Below, one piece after another: positions 1-14,042 of a stretch of DNA of 64,000 nucleotides. The translations under genes and the position numbers were made by a program. The notes beneath the pieces are model-generated. The model was not told where the DNA came from. It ran no database searches and saw only the letters and a program-made list of their open reading frames with translations. This DNA is from Azolla caroliniana (Eukaryota > Plantae > Polypodiophyta), in contig JBHGNT010000021.1 of the NCBI GenBank assembly GCA_043228905.1, positions 10,292,001 to 10,356,000 of the forward strand, read 5' to 3'. Position 1 is the stretch's first letter, and the number at the start of each line of letters is the position of its first letter.

Positions 1-759
1 GGCCGCCTCTAGTGCGTGTCGACCCACCTCGTCCCCTATGCCCACGGGGCCTATCCGCCTCTGTGTACAACATCCGGTTGTCCGATTGAGTGGTCCTGGA
101 CCCACTTGCATGGTTTTCTTCGACCATCAGCATCGATCGCAAGTCAAAGAAGGTCGGTGGTTTCTCCCGGGTGCAGATCGCTGTCCGGATTAGCCCGTAC
201 CTTTGCGCTAGACCACCAAGGCATATTTGTACCATTTTGTCTTCGTCCACCGTCACATTGATGGACCTGAGCGCGTCGCAAATCTCCTTTATTTTGGCGG
301 TGTAGTCCATAACCGACATGTCTCTTTGTCGGATGTTGTTCAGCTCTTGCCAGAGCTGCAACTTACGGGCTGTGGTTCTTGCGGCGAAAATCTTACGTAG
401 ATTTTCCTAGGCCTCCTTCAACGTCTTTGCATCCTTGATGTAGCCGAGCATCTGGTGGTGCACACAGGACGTGAGTCAGTATAATACTCCGCTCGATCTT
501 TTCTCCCATACCGAGAAGTCCTTATGTCTAGGCTTTGGTGCTACCTCATTCGTTCCTTCCATGAAACTCCAATACCCATGCTCCAGTAGGTACTGGTGCA
601 TTTTGTATGACCAAGACATGTAGTTGCTCTAGTCGAGCTTCTCTGTAGGAAGTGAACTCGCCATACCTCTGTCCATATTTTTTCTGTCTACTGTTCTCAC
701 AACCTATAGGGTTCATCTTGTGAAAGCAAATGTCGGTTGTAGAGGTCTTCAACCCTCGC

Positions 760-771
760 GCTCTAATACCA
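760..771 (-). promoter_or_regulatory. Primer binding site (tRNA-iMet type)
   Basis: TGGTATTAGAGC immediately after the LTR on the minus strand. Confidence 0.85.
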
Positions 772-1214
772 TGTTGAAACGTATGTGCGGAAGCGTAAGA
801 CAATAGCTTGGCTACGTAGCAGTAGAGAGAGAGAGAGAGAATAATACACAGAATACAGAGAGTACTCAAGAGAGACAGAGAGAGTAGAACAAGAATCTAG
901 ATTCAAAAATTATATCAACACTCTATACATACAACGTGCTCAACGACACTATTTATACAAGTCCTCATGGGACTAACAGAAGTACAACATACTTCAATGC
1001 TCACACGAGTGTTTGGCCCTAACTATGAGACAATAACTACCTAGTAAGCTAAGCTATTACTCGGCTTCCGGTTACTGTTGGATTCGGCTAACCGGCTCCC
1101 CAGCTCACCAGCTCACTTGCTCACCGGCTCGCCGATCCGGCTCATCCTTCCGTATGCCGATTTGGCTCAGGCTTATTTAGCCGATCCGGATCTGGTTGAG
1201 CTTGTCGCTCAACA
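772..1214 (-). repeat. Copia 5' LTR
   Basis: Minus strand begins TGTTGAGCGACAAG and ends TTTCAACA, homologous to LTRs 5447-5901 and 10330-10763. Confidence 0.92.
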
Positions 1215-4200
1215 TGTGACAATATCGACCATCAGAAGAAAGACTATCAAGAACATAGGGATGCTCTTAATCATGATAAAATCTATTATCAAGATGGTAA
1301 GATTCACTCGATAGAGACCCGACAACCACTTCAGCTCAACTTCGGGCGAGGTGGAATGAAAAAGCTAATGGAAGATTCCGAGAGAGAAACAACTCAAGCG
1401 ATACAATTTGTCACAACGTTAGGGTTGCATGTAGAAGACTCATATGGTGGACCTGGCTTTTGGCAAGATGTGATGGATTATGCAAGAAAAGGGAAGGTTC
1501 GAGTGGATGAATTAAAAAGAGCAGGAGATGAAATACGAAACTTCATTGGATGGAATGATCCAGTAGATGCACTATCAGCATTCGCCCAAGCGAATGCACA
1601 GGAGGTACTAGTGGAAGAGAAGTGAAAGAGAGTTGAGGAGGCTGATTCGGCAAAGAAACATGAGACACAAGAACAAAAGAGAAGGGATATGGAAAAGGGT
1701 GCTCCTGAGACGAAGGAAGCTGATAGAGTAAAAGGGAAGACATGCCCATCTTTCAAGCTTGCTTCAGACATAGAAACAACGACGGATATAAAAAAGGTAC
1801 TACAAACAAGAATATTAAATAGTAAGGTAGAATTTACTTTAAGAGAAGTATTGGGTATAGCAAAGAAAGAATTTGATGAAGTTATCATAGATATTATTAG
1901 AAGAAAGAGATAGGTGATGGAGGAAGTTACGGGAGGGTGTGCAGCAACACTTCGAGATTTGTATGGTGGTACCATTAACGCTGCAAGTGTAAAAATAAAA
2001 AATGATGTTGGGTTCGAGCAACAATGGAGGCACTTGCAAAAATTGGGGAGCAACAAATTCCATTTATTGCTTTGATCGATCATGGATCCAAGATTAACAT
2101 GATGTCGTCGGAATTTTACGCTCAAGGATGGTGGCCGATCGACAAGAATCATGGGTGGAAGATAAGAGCTGCCATAGAGACTACGGAGGATCAAAATTTC
2201 TTTGTGCAGGATCAAGCAACCTACCCCGCCATCCTTGGTTAGCCTTACATCACCGCAATCAGGATGGAAACAAAGGGGATTGATGATGGTTCATCTTTCG
2301 CGAGAATCAAGAGTCAAGATGGGAGAAACACATTCCAATTCTTAACCCTGAGGCCCAACCACAAAAGAAATAAAGAATGCTTGAGGGAACATCCAGTTCA
2401 GGACGTGGATGAAGAATTTTCCCAGGATTTTTAGATAGGGCTTTTACAGGTAGGGGCTGTGATAGCTTGAACATGAAAGAAACCCCATAAATAATAATGT
2501 AAATAAAGATATTCCTCGTACAATCTCATCTAGTGGTGCTACTTTTATGCTAAAAGTAGATAATAATAAAATACAAAATGCTTCCGAGTACTTTAAGTGT
2601 TCTAGATTAATAGATGATGTTGAAGAAATTCAGGATATGTTTGAAGAATTAAGTTTTGAAGATACAATAACTCATCTGGAAGCAATGGAGGATGACAACA
2701 AAAGTCAAGTTCCTATCCATTCGATCAAGATGTACGAGGTCATTGAAGAAGTTGCTCGAAAGGATCTTGAGGCACATGTCTTAACAAAGTACAAAATAGT
2801 AGAGAAGAAGGTTCGTCCTATTGCTGCTCCACTTCCTGGGGATAGTGAAAGGGCAATCAAAGATGTAGCGACAGAGCCAATGATTAGAGACCCATGAAAG
2901 GTGGGACATGTGTTTACTCCAAAAACAATACAAGGGATGAAAATAGGAGGGGGTGACTTCCTATTACCAATTGAAGAAAAGCAATTCAGGGAGATGCTAA
3001 AAAGGCATGGAAAGGCGTTCGCGTTCCAACCTAAGGAAATAGGGTGTGTGGATCCATGAATTGTAGAGCCCATGGTTATATTCACTATCCCTCATATTCC
3101 ATGGAACTTTAAACCAATACCCATGCCTAGGGCTAGAATCCCTCAACTATTAGAACTTCTGAAAGAAAAGATAAGGATGGGTATCTTGGAACCATCGAAT
3201 GCTCCTTACTCAAGTCGATGGTTCACTATGGTAAAGAAAGATGGATAGCTCCAATTTATCCAAGATATGCAACCCGTGAATAAGGTAATAATCTGAAACT
3301 CAGGAGTAGGGCCAATTGTGGATGAGTTTGCTGAGATGTTTCCAGGAAGAGCTATATATTCAATGGGAGACCTTTATTTCGGGTATGATCAATTTAAACT
3401 TGCTATCAAAAGTCAAGATATTGCTTCTATCAAGACACCTATAGGGTTAGAACGGATGTGTACCTTGCTACAAGGAGTGACCAACTCAGTGGCGCATATG
3501 ATGAATGGAATGAACAAGGTACTTCGTGATTTTATTCCTCATATTAAAATACCTTCTTTAGGTGATGTTCCGATTAAGGGATGCAAGGAGGAACAATAGA
3601 ATGAGGAATTGGACGAAGATGGTTGCTGACAATTCGTTGCCGACCATATCAAGGATTGTGAGAAGATACTATCAAGGATGGAAGAAGTGCATTTGACCTT
3701 ATTAGGGGTGAAATCAATATTTGGGGCAAAAGAGATATTAATAGTTGGTCATCTGTGTGGCCCGTATGGGAGAAAGCCATCCCCCACCAAGGTCAATGCA
3801 ATTCAAAATACGCAACAGGAATGTACATCCGTCTCAGAAGTATGAAGGTTTCCGGGGGTATGTGTTTTTTACTATAGATGGATTCTACATTATGACCATT
3901 TATCTGAACCTTTATACAAACTCCTAAGAAAAGGAGAAACATTTGAATGGAGTGAAGAACATTCGGAGGAAATGAGGAAATTGAAGTCTTACTTGGCACA
4001 AGCTCCACCATTAAAGCAACCTGACTACACCCGTCCCATATATCTCATAGTAGACTCCAGTCCCATTGGAATTGGATGGGTGATAAGCCAACAAGATGGG
4101 GAAGAAAGGTATACCGTTCGATTCGGAGTGAAGGTTCTTAGTGGTCCACAAAGAAAATATGCACAGGTCAAAAGAGAGCTATGGGGGGTAGTAACGACAG

Positions 4201-4818
4201 TTAAGACAGATAGAGATTACTTAATTGGTGCTGAAGTAATAATAGAAACAGATTGTTTGCTTATTCTTGGTATCATAGCTAATTGTGATATTCTAGATCA
4301 AGCCATGTTAAAATGATGTATCTATATTAGATCAGTCAACCCTGAAGTTAGACATATCTCTGGGAATAGAAATGCAGTAGCAGATATGTTATCAAGAGCA
4401 AGGTATAAGGAAAAGGAGATTCCAGACTGGGACAATGAGGACAAAGAACAAACATTCTTCACCACAATCACTGCCCAGGAAGGAGGAATGTAGTTTCTAG
4501 AAGAGGAGTATGAAGAAGAATTCAAGGAAATAGGGAAGTATCTACAGACCCTTGACAAGTATAAAGATCAGTCTGGAAAAGAGTTCGCACAGTTTCGCAA
4601 GAAAGCCCATAAGTTCTTCATGCATGAAGGATATCTATGTTGACATCCGAAAACCAAGATTGGAAACTTGCAAAGAGTAATAGATTTTGAAGGGAAAAGA
4701 AAGGAGATAATTAGAGAGTTGCATGACAAAGAATGGGCTGGTCATCGAGGAATGTGGGCCACTTTCAGTAAGATTAAAGAACGGTTTTGGTGGCCTCGAT
4801 ACTATGAGCAAATAAAAA
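1215..4818 (+). mobile_element. Ty3/Gypsy internal region, decayed (gag C-terminus, protease, RT, RNase H, integrase zinc finger), truncated at both ends
   Basis: Motifs ALIDHGSKIN (protease), GDLYFGYDQ...QGVTNSVAH (RT), LIVDSSPIGIGW (RNase H), LHDKEWAGHRG...FWWPRYYEQIK (INT). Many stops. Homologous to the inverted copy 17421-22141. Homology stops at 4818. Confidence 0.9.
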
Positions 4819-5446
4819 ACACGTTTGCGTTCAGAAGTGGAAGGATCGCGCAAAAATGGAAGGATAAGGAATATTACCTCAAATTTTGGTGTTTAAATAC
4901 TCTATTCACAAAACTTAATGATACCAGTATCACATGTTCTCAAAATGTCGTTGGAAAACCTCAAAAAATCATCATTTCCTAAACTTGGAGAAAAGCTAAA
5001 ATTATGCTATAATCGAAATGGTACAATGTTCACTATCACTGAGAAGTCAAGAAGTAATGTATTTTGTAACAAACAATGTCTGTACAAAGCAATAATATTT
5101 CTGAAAATAATTTTTATATCTTTTGAGTATTACAAATGACACTCTCTTACATTAGATACCAAAATTTCATTGAGGAGTGTAAAATTTACAAAAATCCCTT
5201 GTATCATGATCCAGAGTCACTACTATAACTAATATACAATGCAGATTGTTCCTCGTCATCTACGAATGTACCTATTAAGGCATTATCTTCATCTAAAACT
5301 AGATGTTGACATTCCATGTTATGTATAGACGATCTTGTTGGCCTTCGACATGAAACCCCTTGTAGAATAGGTAATATCTCCTTGACAATATCTATTGTAG
5401 ACTTCATGAGACGTCCAACTTTTGTTAGTGTGAAGTCGTAAACAAT

Positions 5447-5901
5447 TGTTGAGCGACAAGCTCAACCGGATCCGGATCGGCTGAATAAGCCTGAGCCGGA
5501 TCGACATCCGGAAGGATGAACCGGATCGGTGAGCCAGTGAGCAAGTGAGTCGGTGAGCTAGGGAGCCAGTTAGCCGGATCCAACAGTAACCGAAAGCGGA
5601 GTAGTAGCTTATATTACTAGGTAGTTATTGTCTCGTAGTTAGTGTCAGACGCTCGTGTGAGCATTGAAGTACGCTGTACTTTAGTCAGTCCCAAGAGGAC
5701 TTGCATAAATAGTGCTATTGAGCATGTTGTATGTACAGAGTGTTGATATAATTTTTGAATCTAGATTCCTGTTCTGCTCTCTCTCTCTCTCTCTCCCGAG
5801 TACTCTCTGTATTTTGTGTATTATTCTCTCTCTCTCTCTCTCTCTCTCTGCTGCTACGCATCCAAGCTGTTGTCTTATGCTTCTGCACATATGTCTCAAC
5901 A
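5447..5901 (+). repeat. Copia 5' LTR
   Basis: TGTTGAGCGAC...TCTCAACA, direct repeat of 10330-10763. Confidence 0.95.
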
Positions 5902-5995
5902 TGGTATTCGAGCGCGAGGGTTGAAGACCTCTACAACTGACATTTGCTTTCGCGAGATGAACCCTACAGGTTGTGAGAACAGTAGACACAAAAAA

Positions 5996-8900
5996 TATGG
6001 ATAGAGGTATGCCGAGTTCACTTCCTACAGAGAAGCTCGACCGTAGCAACTACGCGTCCTGGTCATACGAAATGCACCAGTACCTATTGGGGCATGGGTA
6101 TTGGAGTTTCGTGGAAGGAACGAATGAGGTAGCACCAGAGCCTAGACACAAGGACTTCCCGGTATGGGAGCAAGGAGCGAGCCGAGTATTATATTACCTC
6201 GTGTCCTGTGTGCACGACAAGATGCTCGGCTACATCAGGGATGCAAAGATGCCGAAGGAGGCCTGGGAAAATCTGAGTAAGATTTTTGCCGCAAGTACCA
6301 CAACCCGTAAGTTGAAGCTCCAACAAGAGTTGAACAACATCCGACAAAGAGACATGTCGGTTACGGACTACAACATCAAAATAAAGGAGATTTGTGACGC
6401 GCTTGGGTCTATCAACATGATGGTGGATGAAGACGAAATGGTACAAATCTGCCTCGGTGGTCTAGCGGAAAGGTACGGGCCAATCCGGACAACGATCTGC
6501 ACCCGAGAGAAACCACCGATGTTCTTCGACTTGCAATCGATGCTGATGGTCGAAGAAAACCACGTGAGTGGGTCCAAGACCACTCAATCGAACAACCGGA
6601 TGCTGTACACGGAGGCGGATAGGCCCCGTGGGCGTAGGGGACGAGGTGGGTCGGCACGTACTAGAGGCGGCCGGCAAGAGCAGGAAAGAAGGCACAAAGA
6701 ACGTGTCGACATCAGTTCCGGGACTTCCAGAAGCAGGTGGAGTCAAGGCAGCGCCGGAGGCCGGCAAGACAAATCCGCTACGGAATGCTGGTATTGTGGC
6801 AAAAAGGGCCACAGAGAAAGCGAGTGCTGGAAGAAGCGAGCCGATTTGGACAGATCTGGATCCGGCAAAACCGGTCAGGAGAACCAGCAAAGCTTGCACT
6901 ATGCACAAGGATTGAAAGGATCCGGAACCGGGAAGACCAGTAAGGGGCCAACCTTGGTGATGATGAAGCACGAGGCAAATTCGATGAAGAAGACCACTTC
7001 CAAATCGGAGGAAGTATGGTATGTTAATTCCGGTGCGTCGAACCACATGACGAGCCACGAAGAGTGGTTCTCTTATATGGAGAAACTGGATCAACCGGGA
7101 GTTGTCGAAATCGGAGACGACACTCCTCACCCAATCGTGCATATCAAAGAAGTCCCTTTGAGCCACGTCACACAGAGGGGGAAACTAATGAACGTATTAC
7201 ACGTTCCGATCATCACGAAGAACCTGGTGTCGGTTGGACAGATTGTCGACCAGGGGATGCAGGTGCGGTTTACGCACCTCGGGTGCTTCATTGGGGAAGA
7301 GGGCCAAATCATTGTGCAAGGGTGCAGAGACGGGAGGATGTTTATCCTCAACATCAATGAAGTCGGCACCGCGTTGTTCGCCAATGGACAGAAGATTGAA
7401 TTGGATATTGATCTCTGGCACAAGCGGATCGGCCACGTCAGTTATCGGTGGCTTCAAGACTTGCAAACAAAACAAGTTGTTTTCGGTTTGCCGAAGTTTA
7501 GTGGCCGGAAGGCCCATGTATGTGAAGCCTGCCAACTCGGGAAGCAACACCGGCTTCCATTCCCCACCGAACGAAACCGTAGCCGTAACAAGCTCGACCT
7601 TATCCATTCGGATGTATGGGGACCGACACAAAACGTCAATCTTGGCGGGAGTTGATATTTCGTCTCCTTCATCGACGACTACAGCCGGCACACATGAATC
7701 TCCCTCATCGAGCGGAAGAGCGAAGTCTTCGATTGTATCCGGAACCTATAGAGCCTGGTTGAACGGGAAACGAAGAGAAGGATCAAGTGCCTGCGGTTGG
7801 ATGGCGGAAAAGAATACTTTTCCAGTCAATTCAACAGGTATCTACAACAGATGGTAATTCGGCACGAATTCAGTTGCAGATATATGCCGGAGCAAAATGG
7901 CGTGGCTGAAAGGAAAAATCGGTCGATTGTGGACACGGCAAGGGCAATGCTGGGAGAGAAGAGCATGCCCCATTTCTACTGGGCGGTGGCGGTCCGGACG
8001 ATTGTCTACATCCAAAACTGGATCAGTGACAAGGTGTCCGCGCACGAGCTATATTTCGGGCGCAAGCCGAATTTGCAACACCTTCGGATATTCGGTAGCA
8101 TTGCATATGTGCATGTGCTGGATGCAAAGTGGAGGAAGTTGGATGGAAAGTTGGAGAAATGCATCCTGGTCGGTTACTCACATGAGGAAAAGGGGTATAA
8201 GTGTTATAACCCCCAGACGAAGCAGGTCCGAGTTAGCCGGGATGTAGAGTTTGATGAGACGGCATCATGGTATGCCTTACCTGCTCCGATCTCTGACCTC
8301 GACCTGATACCGGAGGATGAGGCTAGTGAGCCTGAACCGGTCTAGATAGAAGATGAAGACGTCGACACTCTAGACGAGAGTCCGATCTCATTTCGGTTAA
8401 GTGGACCGAATGAGCGGCTGAGTCGGGATGACCAGTCGGATGAGGAACCAACGAGTAGTAGAGACTTTGCCGTGCTCTCCCCACGGAAGGAACCGAGGAG
8501 ATGGTTCACACGCAATGAGAAGGGGAAGAAGAAGATGCCGGAATATGAAACCGGCAACGTTGAGTCGGATTGGAGCAAATCCGACTCCAGAAAGGATGAA
8601 GTCGGAACTCTTGGAACGAAGTCCGACCTAGCCAAGAAGGGCCCCAAACCGGGTAATACCAAGTTACATCAGTCTTCCCGCCAGAAGAATCCCGTGACGT
8701 GGTATGGGTACAATGAGTACATGGCGCATCACTATGCGTACATGACCAAGGTAGCGGAAGTGCATGAGCCGGAGAGCTATGCCGAAGTGGCAAAGGACAC
8801 AAATTGACGTGCCATTATGGAAGAAGAAATGCGGGCACTTGATTCAAATGACACATGGGACCTAGTTGACCCTCCCCGACATTGTAAACCGATCGGATGT

Positions 8901-10247
8901 AAGTGGGTGTACAAAGTAAAGTACAATGCCGATGGAACGGTTAACCGGTACAAGGCCCGGTTAGTGGCGAAGGGATACGCGTAGACCCACGGAATCGACT
9001 ACGATGAGACCTTCGCTCCAGTAGCGAAGATGACGACAGTCCGTGTGGTGTTGGCGGTTGCTGCGGTAAGGGAGTGGCATCTTCACCAGATGGACGTGAA
9101 GAATGCATTTCTTCAAGGAGATCTTGAAGAAGAGGTCTTTATGACCCAACCTCCCGGTTTCGAGACGGAGATGAACAAGTTGGCGGTATGCCGGCTAAAG
9201 AAGTCACTTTATGGCCTAAAGCAAGCCCCCCGAGCTTGGAATGCGAAGATCACGCACCGGTTGCGTAAGATGGGGTTTGCGGCCTCCAAGTTTGACTCTT
9301 CGTTGTTCATCCGACAAGGTCTGGACGACCCGGTTTGCATCTTACTGTATGTTGATGATCTAGTCATCACCGGACCCGGACACGATGACATCAGTCGAGT
9401 CAAGTCCCAGCTCTCGGACGCATTTGAGATGAAGGACCTGGGGGACCTTCACTATTTCCTAGGGATCGAGGTGATCCGAACCCCTGATGGCATATTGCTC
9501 TCACAAAGACACTATGTGTTGAATATCCTGTACAAGTTCGGCATGACGAAATGCCGACCAATCTCCACACCCCTAGATCGGAACCAAAAGCACTGTCCCG
9601 ACTCCAGACCGACCTGCGATGAGAAGTGGTTCTGACAAATCATCGGAAGCCTCATATATTTGACAATCACCCGACCCGACATCAGTTATCCGGTCGGCGT
9701 GATCAACCAATATATGCAGAAGCCAACCGTGGAGCACCTTCTGTGCGCGCATCGAATTTTGCGATATGTGAGCGGCACAAAGGACCGGGGACTGTTATAC
9801 CGGCATGGTATAACCGAAGAGCTAGTCAGCTACACTGATGCTGACTAGGCCGACGATGCATCGGATCACCGATCCACCTTCGGCTATATGTTTTCCCTTG
9901 GGAGCGCGGTTGTTGCGTGGAGTAGCAAAAAGCAGCCAACAGTGGCCCTCTCGAGCACTGAGGTTGAATACCGGGGCGTTACCGTTGCCACCTATGAAGC
10001 CATTTGGCTTCGGCGACTGCTGCAAGACCTGCAGATCGAGGTGCTGACCCCGATCCTGATCTACTGCAACAACATAAGCAGCATGCAGCTCGCCAAGAAC
10101 CCCGTATTCCATGCTCGCACAAAGCACATAGAAGTGCACTACCACTTTGTGCATGATTTGGGCCTGTTGAGCAGACAAGCTGACCGAGGAGGTCAAGATG
10201 CGCAAACGGGACCGGACCAGACGAGGAGTGCGAGCAAGGTGGAGTGA
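5996..10247 (+). pseudogene. Copia gag-pol polyprotein with in-frame stops
   Basis: CWYCGKKGHRESEC zinc knuckle, WYVNSGASNHM protease, LWHKRIGH/CEACQLGKQ GAG-pre-integrase, [46 protein letters not shown]. Confidence 0.93.
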
Positions 10248-10329
10248 CGCCAGAAGGAGCCGGGTGGATGGACCGACTGCCATGGAGACTAACACTACGA
10301 TCCGACTTCAAGTTGAGCTTGAGGGGGAG

Positions 10330-10763
10330 TGTTGAGCGGCAAGCTGAACCGGATCCGGATCGGCTGAATAAGCTTGAGCCGGATCGGCATACGGAAGGAT
10401 GAGCCGGATCGGTGAGGCAGTGAGCTGGGGAGCCGGTTAGCCGGATCCAGCAGTAACCGAAAGCCGAGTAATAGCTTAGATTACTTGTTAGTTATTGTCT
10501 CGTAGTTAGTGTCAGACGCTCGTGTGAGCATTGAAGTACGTTGTACTTCTGTCAGTCCATGAGGACTTATATAAATAGTGTTGTTGAGCACGTTGTATGT
10601 ACAGAGTGTTGATATAATTTTTGAATCTAGATTCCTGTTCTGCTCTCTCGGTCTCTCCCGAGTACTCTCTATATTCTGTGTATTATTCTCTCTCTCTCTC
10701 TCTCTCTCTCTGTTGCTACGTAGCCAAGCTATTGTCTTACGCTTCCGCACATATGTTTCAACA
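10330..10763 (+). repeat. Copia 3' LTR
   Basis: TGTTGAGCGGC...TTTCAACA after the PPT, followed by TSD ACAAT. Confidence 0.95.
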
Positions 10764-13700
10764 ACAATAATATCTATGTCACCAATGTCTAGGCATGAAG
10801 TGCTACGAATATTTCTTTTCCTCTTTCTATTCCCCCTTGACCGTGGACATTCCATCATCTCTAAAGCATACTTGTCGGTAAAGGCATTTTTGCTTTTAGT
10901 GTTGTACCAATGCACCTTTATAGACTGGATTTGGCTTTGGTTCTCATGCATCACCACATCTAAAACCTTACCAATTCAAAATTGATGTCCCAGCTCATTA
11001 TGATCAGCAGGTGTAGCAATTAACATAGCCACCTTCAATTCTTGCAAGTTCCCTTGCTACCTTGCTTCTGCTGTTTTTGTCAGCCTGGGTCCAACATATA
11101 TGTCCCTTTGTGGTGGATGGAGCAAGCTATCATTAATAGCATTAGGTGCAAGAGGAGAAGTCTGAGAATTATGACACTGTTGTATATTCCAAGTGAAGGG
11201 TATTTGCATGGTCCAAGTACCAAGGACACAATTGTCAACAATTTGTTCTTGATCTTTAAAGAACACATCCCACCATGATGTGTCTTGTTCCCCAGCATAC
11301 TTCTTCGGATTGTCAATGTGCTTGCGTTTGTCTTGCAGCAGTTGCATCCAAACATCCTTTGGATTATCAGCTAGTACATTGGTGAAAAGTTTCTTAGTCT
11401 CAATCGGCATTTGTCCTGCACTATAAACAAAAGTTGAAGGCATATGAAGTAGAAACTAACCCCCACCTTCAGGCTCCCACTGGGGGGAGGATGAATACTG
11501 CTTTGCATATAATAATGTACAACCACTATGATCATTTTTATTTATTAAGAATACGTGGTTGAAACTTATATTATTTAATGGCGCTAACACTTTGGCATTT
11601 CGCTCACCACCATCTAATATGTATCTCTTGAAATCATATATTTCCTTCAAGTGTTCCACGATTGGGCGTGGCGTATATGCATCACGAATGATGTCAAACA
11701 AGTTAGGTAACATAAAAGCATCATATCGTGATAACTGCCTAGAGAAGTTACTGAACATCTGATCGATATGGTCATGTGTGTGACCAACCAATAGAAAGTT
11801 AACTTTCACTTTCCTAAAAATTCCTTGGTTCACCATCATACTTAGATAACCAAACACCGTAGAATTTTTGTTTTCCCGAGCAATATTGTCTAGTTGAATA
11901 TATAAAACCGGCGGCAAAGACTGCCCCCAAGACATCAATATTTTTTGAATCACAGTGATTGTTAAATTAGGGTCATTGTGGACATTTGGGTATGTGACGA
12001 AGACATGAGGCTTCACACTTCCATTATAGGCTAAACAACCCACCAAGTGCATCTGCATGAGACAATCGTCATTGACATCTTTAGGAAGACGTTTAAGATG
12101 AGGTAGACATGTCTTCTTTTGGTCCATTCCATCTATCATTAAACACATGTACTTAGCTGGATTGTTTATCGACTTTTCCCTTTGGTGCATACCTCTTTTT
12201 CACTCTCATGCTTGGGCGTCTCGATGATCTTGTAACAATTTCTTATTTAGCTCCTTCGTTGTCGCTGTCTTTGCCCCTTTACACACGCTCTTTAGGTTTA
12301 CTAAACAATGCCTCATACGTACTTTACGAGGTATAATAACATTACTAAAGTGCAATGTCCACAACCTTGTGAACTGACTATAGGTGACATACTTGTCGCA
12401 ACAAGTTGACATTTCCGATCTATAGGAATCATAAACTTCTCTACGTGTATAATTGTCAGAGAGATGCAACCTACCGGTAGTTGGCATTATCTCACAACTG
12501 AACTTGAAGTATGTCTTCATCCAACAGATCGCATTTCTACCTGATGCACACTTCATACTTGGCAAATTATCATCTTCAATGGGATTGTTGCCGTTTAAAA
12601 CTCTTTGTTGTACTCTATGTAATCTCATGTTGCTAACACAATGTGCGATCTTGAATACCACTCTACAACATTGTCGTGCCGTAAAAAGGTAATACTCGAA
12701 AGAGATCGAGATATCTAAGACTTTGTTTGACACCATCTGTAAGTGTGTCATAAGATAAGTGTCTTGTTCATCACCATTGAGTGAAAAATAGTAACGTCTC
12801 AAAGACCGCAAGTTTTGCTTTCCAATCATTGCCATACACCCATGACCGCAACATGTCTTTTTAACATCTACGGTAAGTTGAGCCTCAGATGTCACTAAAG
12901 CAAATCGTTCTCGACTAATACCTCTTGAGACCCTTTTGAAAAATAAGGGGCTCACTGACTTATTGTCATCCTTAGTTTATATTGGTGTGTCCTCCTCTTG
13001 GCGCACATTTGTTCTCTGTTGTTGGGTAGAAATACTTTCGAAACTTTGACATTCTCACCCGAGTCTGCGTATGGGTCATACTCTTCAATTGAGAATTCAA
13101 GGCATCTTGTCGTGTTGACTGGACTGTCGGAGATTATATACTCCTCAACAGAGAAATTAGAATCTTGAGACCAATGGTATTCTTCTACCGAAAACCCCAA
13201 AGAAGGTGAGGAATCTGATGACAGTTGATATTCCTCAACAGAAAAGGGCGAATTAGTTCCCATTGTTTGAGGTTCTAATATCCATTATATTTCACTCCCT
13301 AAGCATACAAATTGTAAGACACACTTAAACTACAAATAGAATTCTAAGGAACTATATATGTATTTTGTGTATTTTCTTATATAATTTTTTTCTATATTTC
13401 TATTAGTTATAAATAAAAATTGATCACGTGTCCACATGACATAATTGCACAATACCACTATCCTCACCCAATTAGTGAATGTTCTCAAAATCAAAATCAT
13501 TAGACTACCATAAATGTAGATAAGTATACTCAATCATTGGACTGACCTTGCACAAGTATTAAATCATAATAAGTACTAGATCATAATAGGTACTAAATCA
13601 TAATACACATAAGTATGAAATCATAACTACTAGATCATAATGAACATATTACACATAAAGTATAAAGATAATCATTATGTTATGATAATAATAAATACAA

Positions 13701-14042
13701 ATTCAAATAAAAATAACTAAAGGCACTATTGGCATTTAATTCTAACCGTGGTTAGTTTTTTAACTATGGTCCCTTCCCCTCCCATAAATTGAACCGACCT
13801 CTCTTTTTCATTCCCCACATTTGAGCATAACAACTCTCTAGAGCGCGAAAGCACAGACACGAGGACTCCGAAGATACCTCACACATCCCCGAACCGATAA
13901 GATCATCATGTCGAGCAAAAAAACTGCCCGTTCTAACACCAAGTAGGATCTAAACCCTAAACTGTATGGACATCTGATTATCTACGTACTTTATATTTCT
14001 TTCAAAATAACCTGTGTGCCCACTTCTAACTCTTGGATGCAT

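Larger units (their letters stand above)
1..1214 (-). mobile_element. Ty1/Copia LTR retrotransposon, 5' part (5' LTR, PBS, decayed gag); same family as 5447-10763
   Basis: Reverse complement of 1-770 closely matches the gag/5'UTR at ~5902-6670. The LTR is at 772-1214. The element runs off the window start. Confidence 0.92.
5447..10763 (+). mobile_element. Full-length (inactivated) Ty1/Copia LTR retrotransposon
   Basis: Two TG...CA LTRs, PBS TGGTATTCGAGC at 5902, PPT GAGGGGGAG at 10321-10329, exact 5-bp TSD ACAAT (5442-5446 / 10764-10768), domain order gag-PR-INT-RT-RH. Confidence 0.97.
5204..13263 (-). pseudogene. Sola-like/DUF7869-type DDD transposase, frameshifted and split by a Copia insertion
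   Basis: ORFs 12952-13263, 12206-12955 (CCGHGC...QCCRVVF), 11456-12190 (MIDGMDQ; YIQLDN..RENKN; FLLVGHTHDHIDQMFS), 11057-11443. Removing the Copia and one TSD joins ...DIGDIDIIV to YDFTLTKVGRLMKSTIDIVKE... (ORF 5204-5407) in frame. Confidence 0.78.

Noticed and set aside
6462-7857. Long alternative-frame and antisense ORFs within the Copia
   Set aside because: Shadow ORFs of the GC-rich gag-pol, with no independent motifs.
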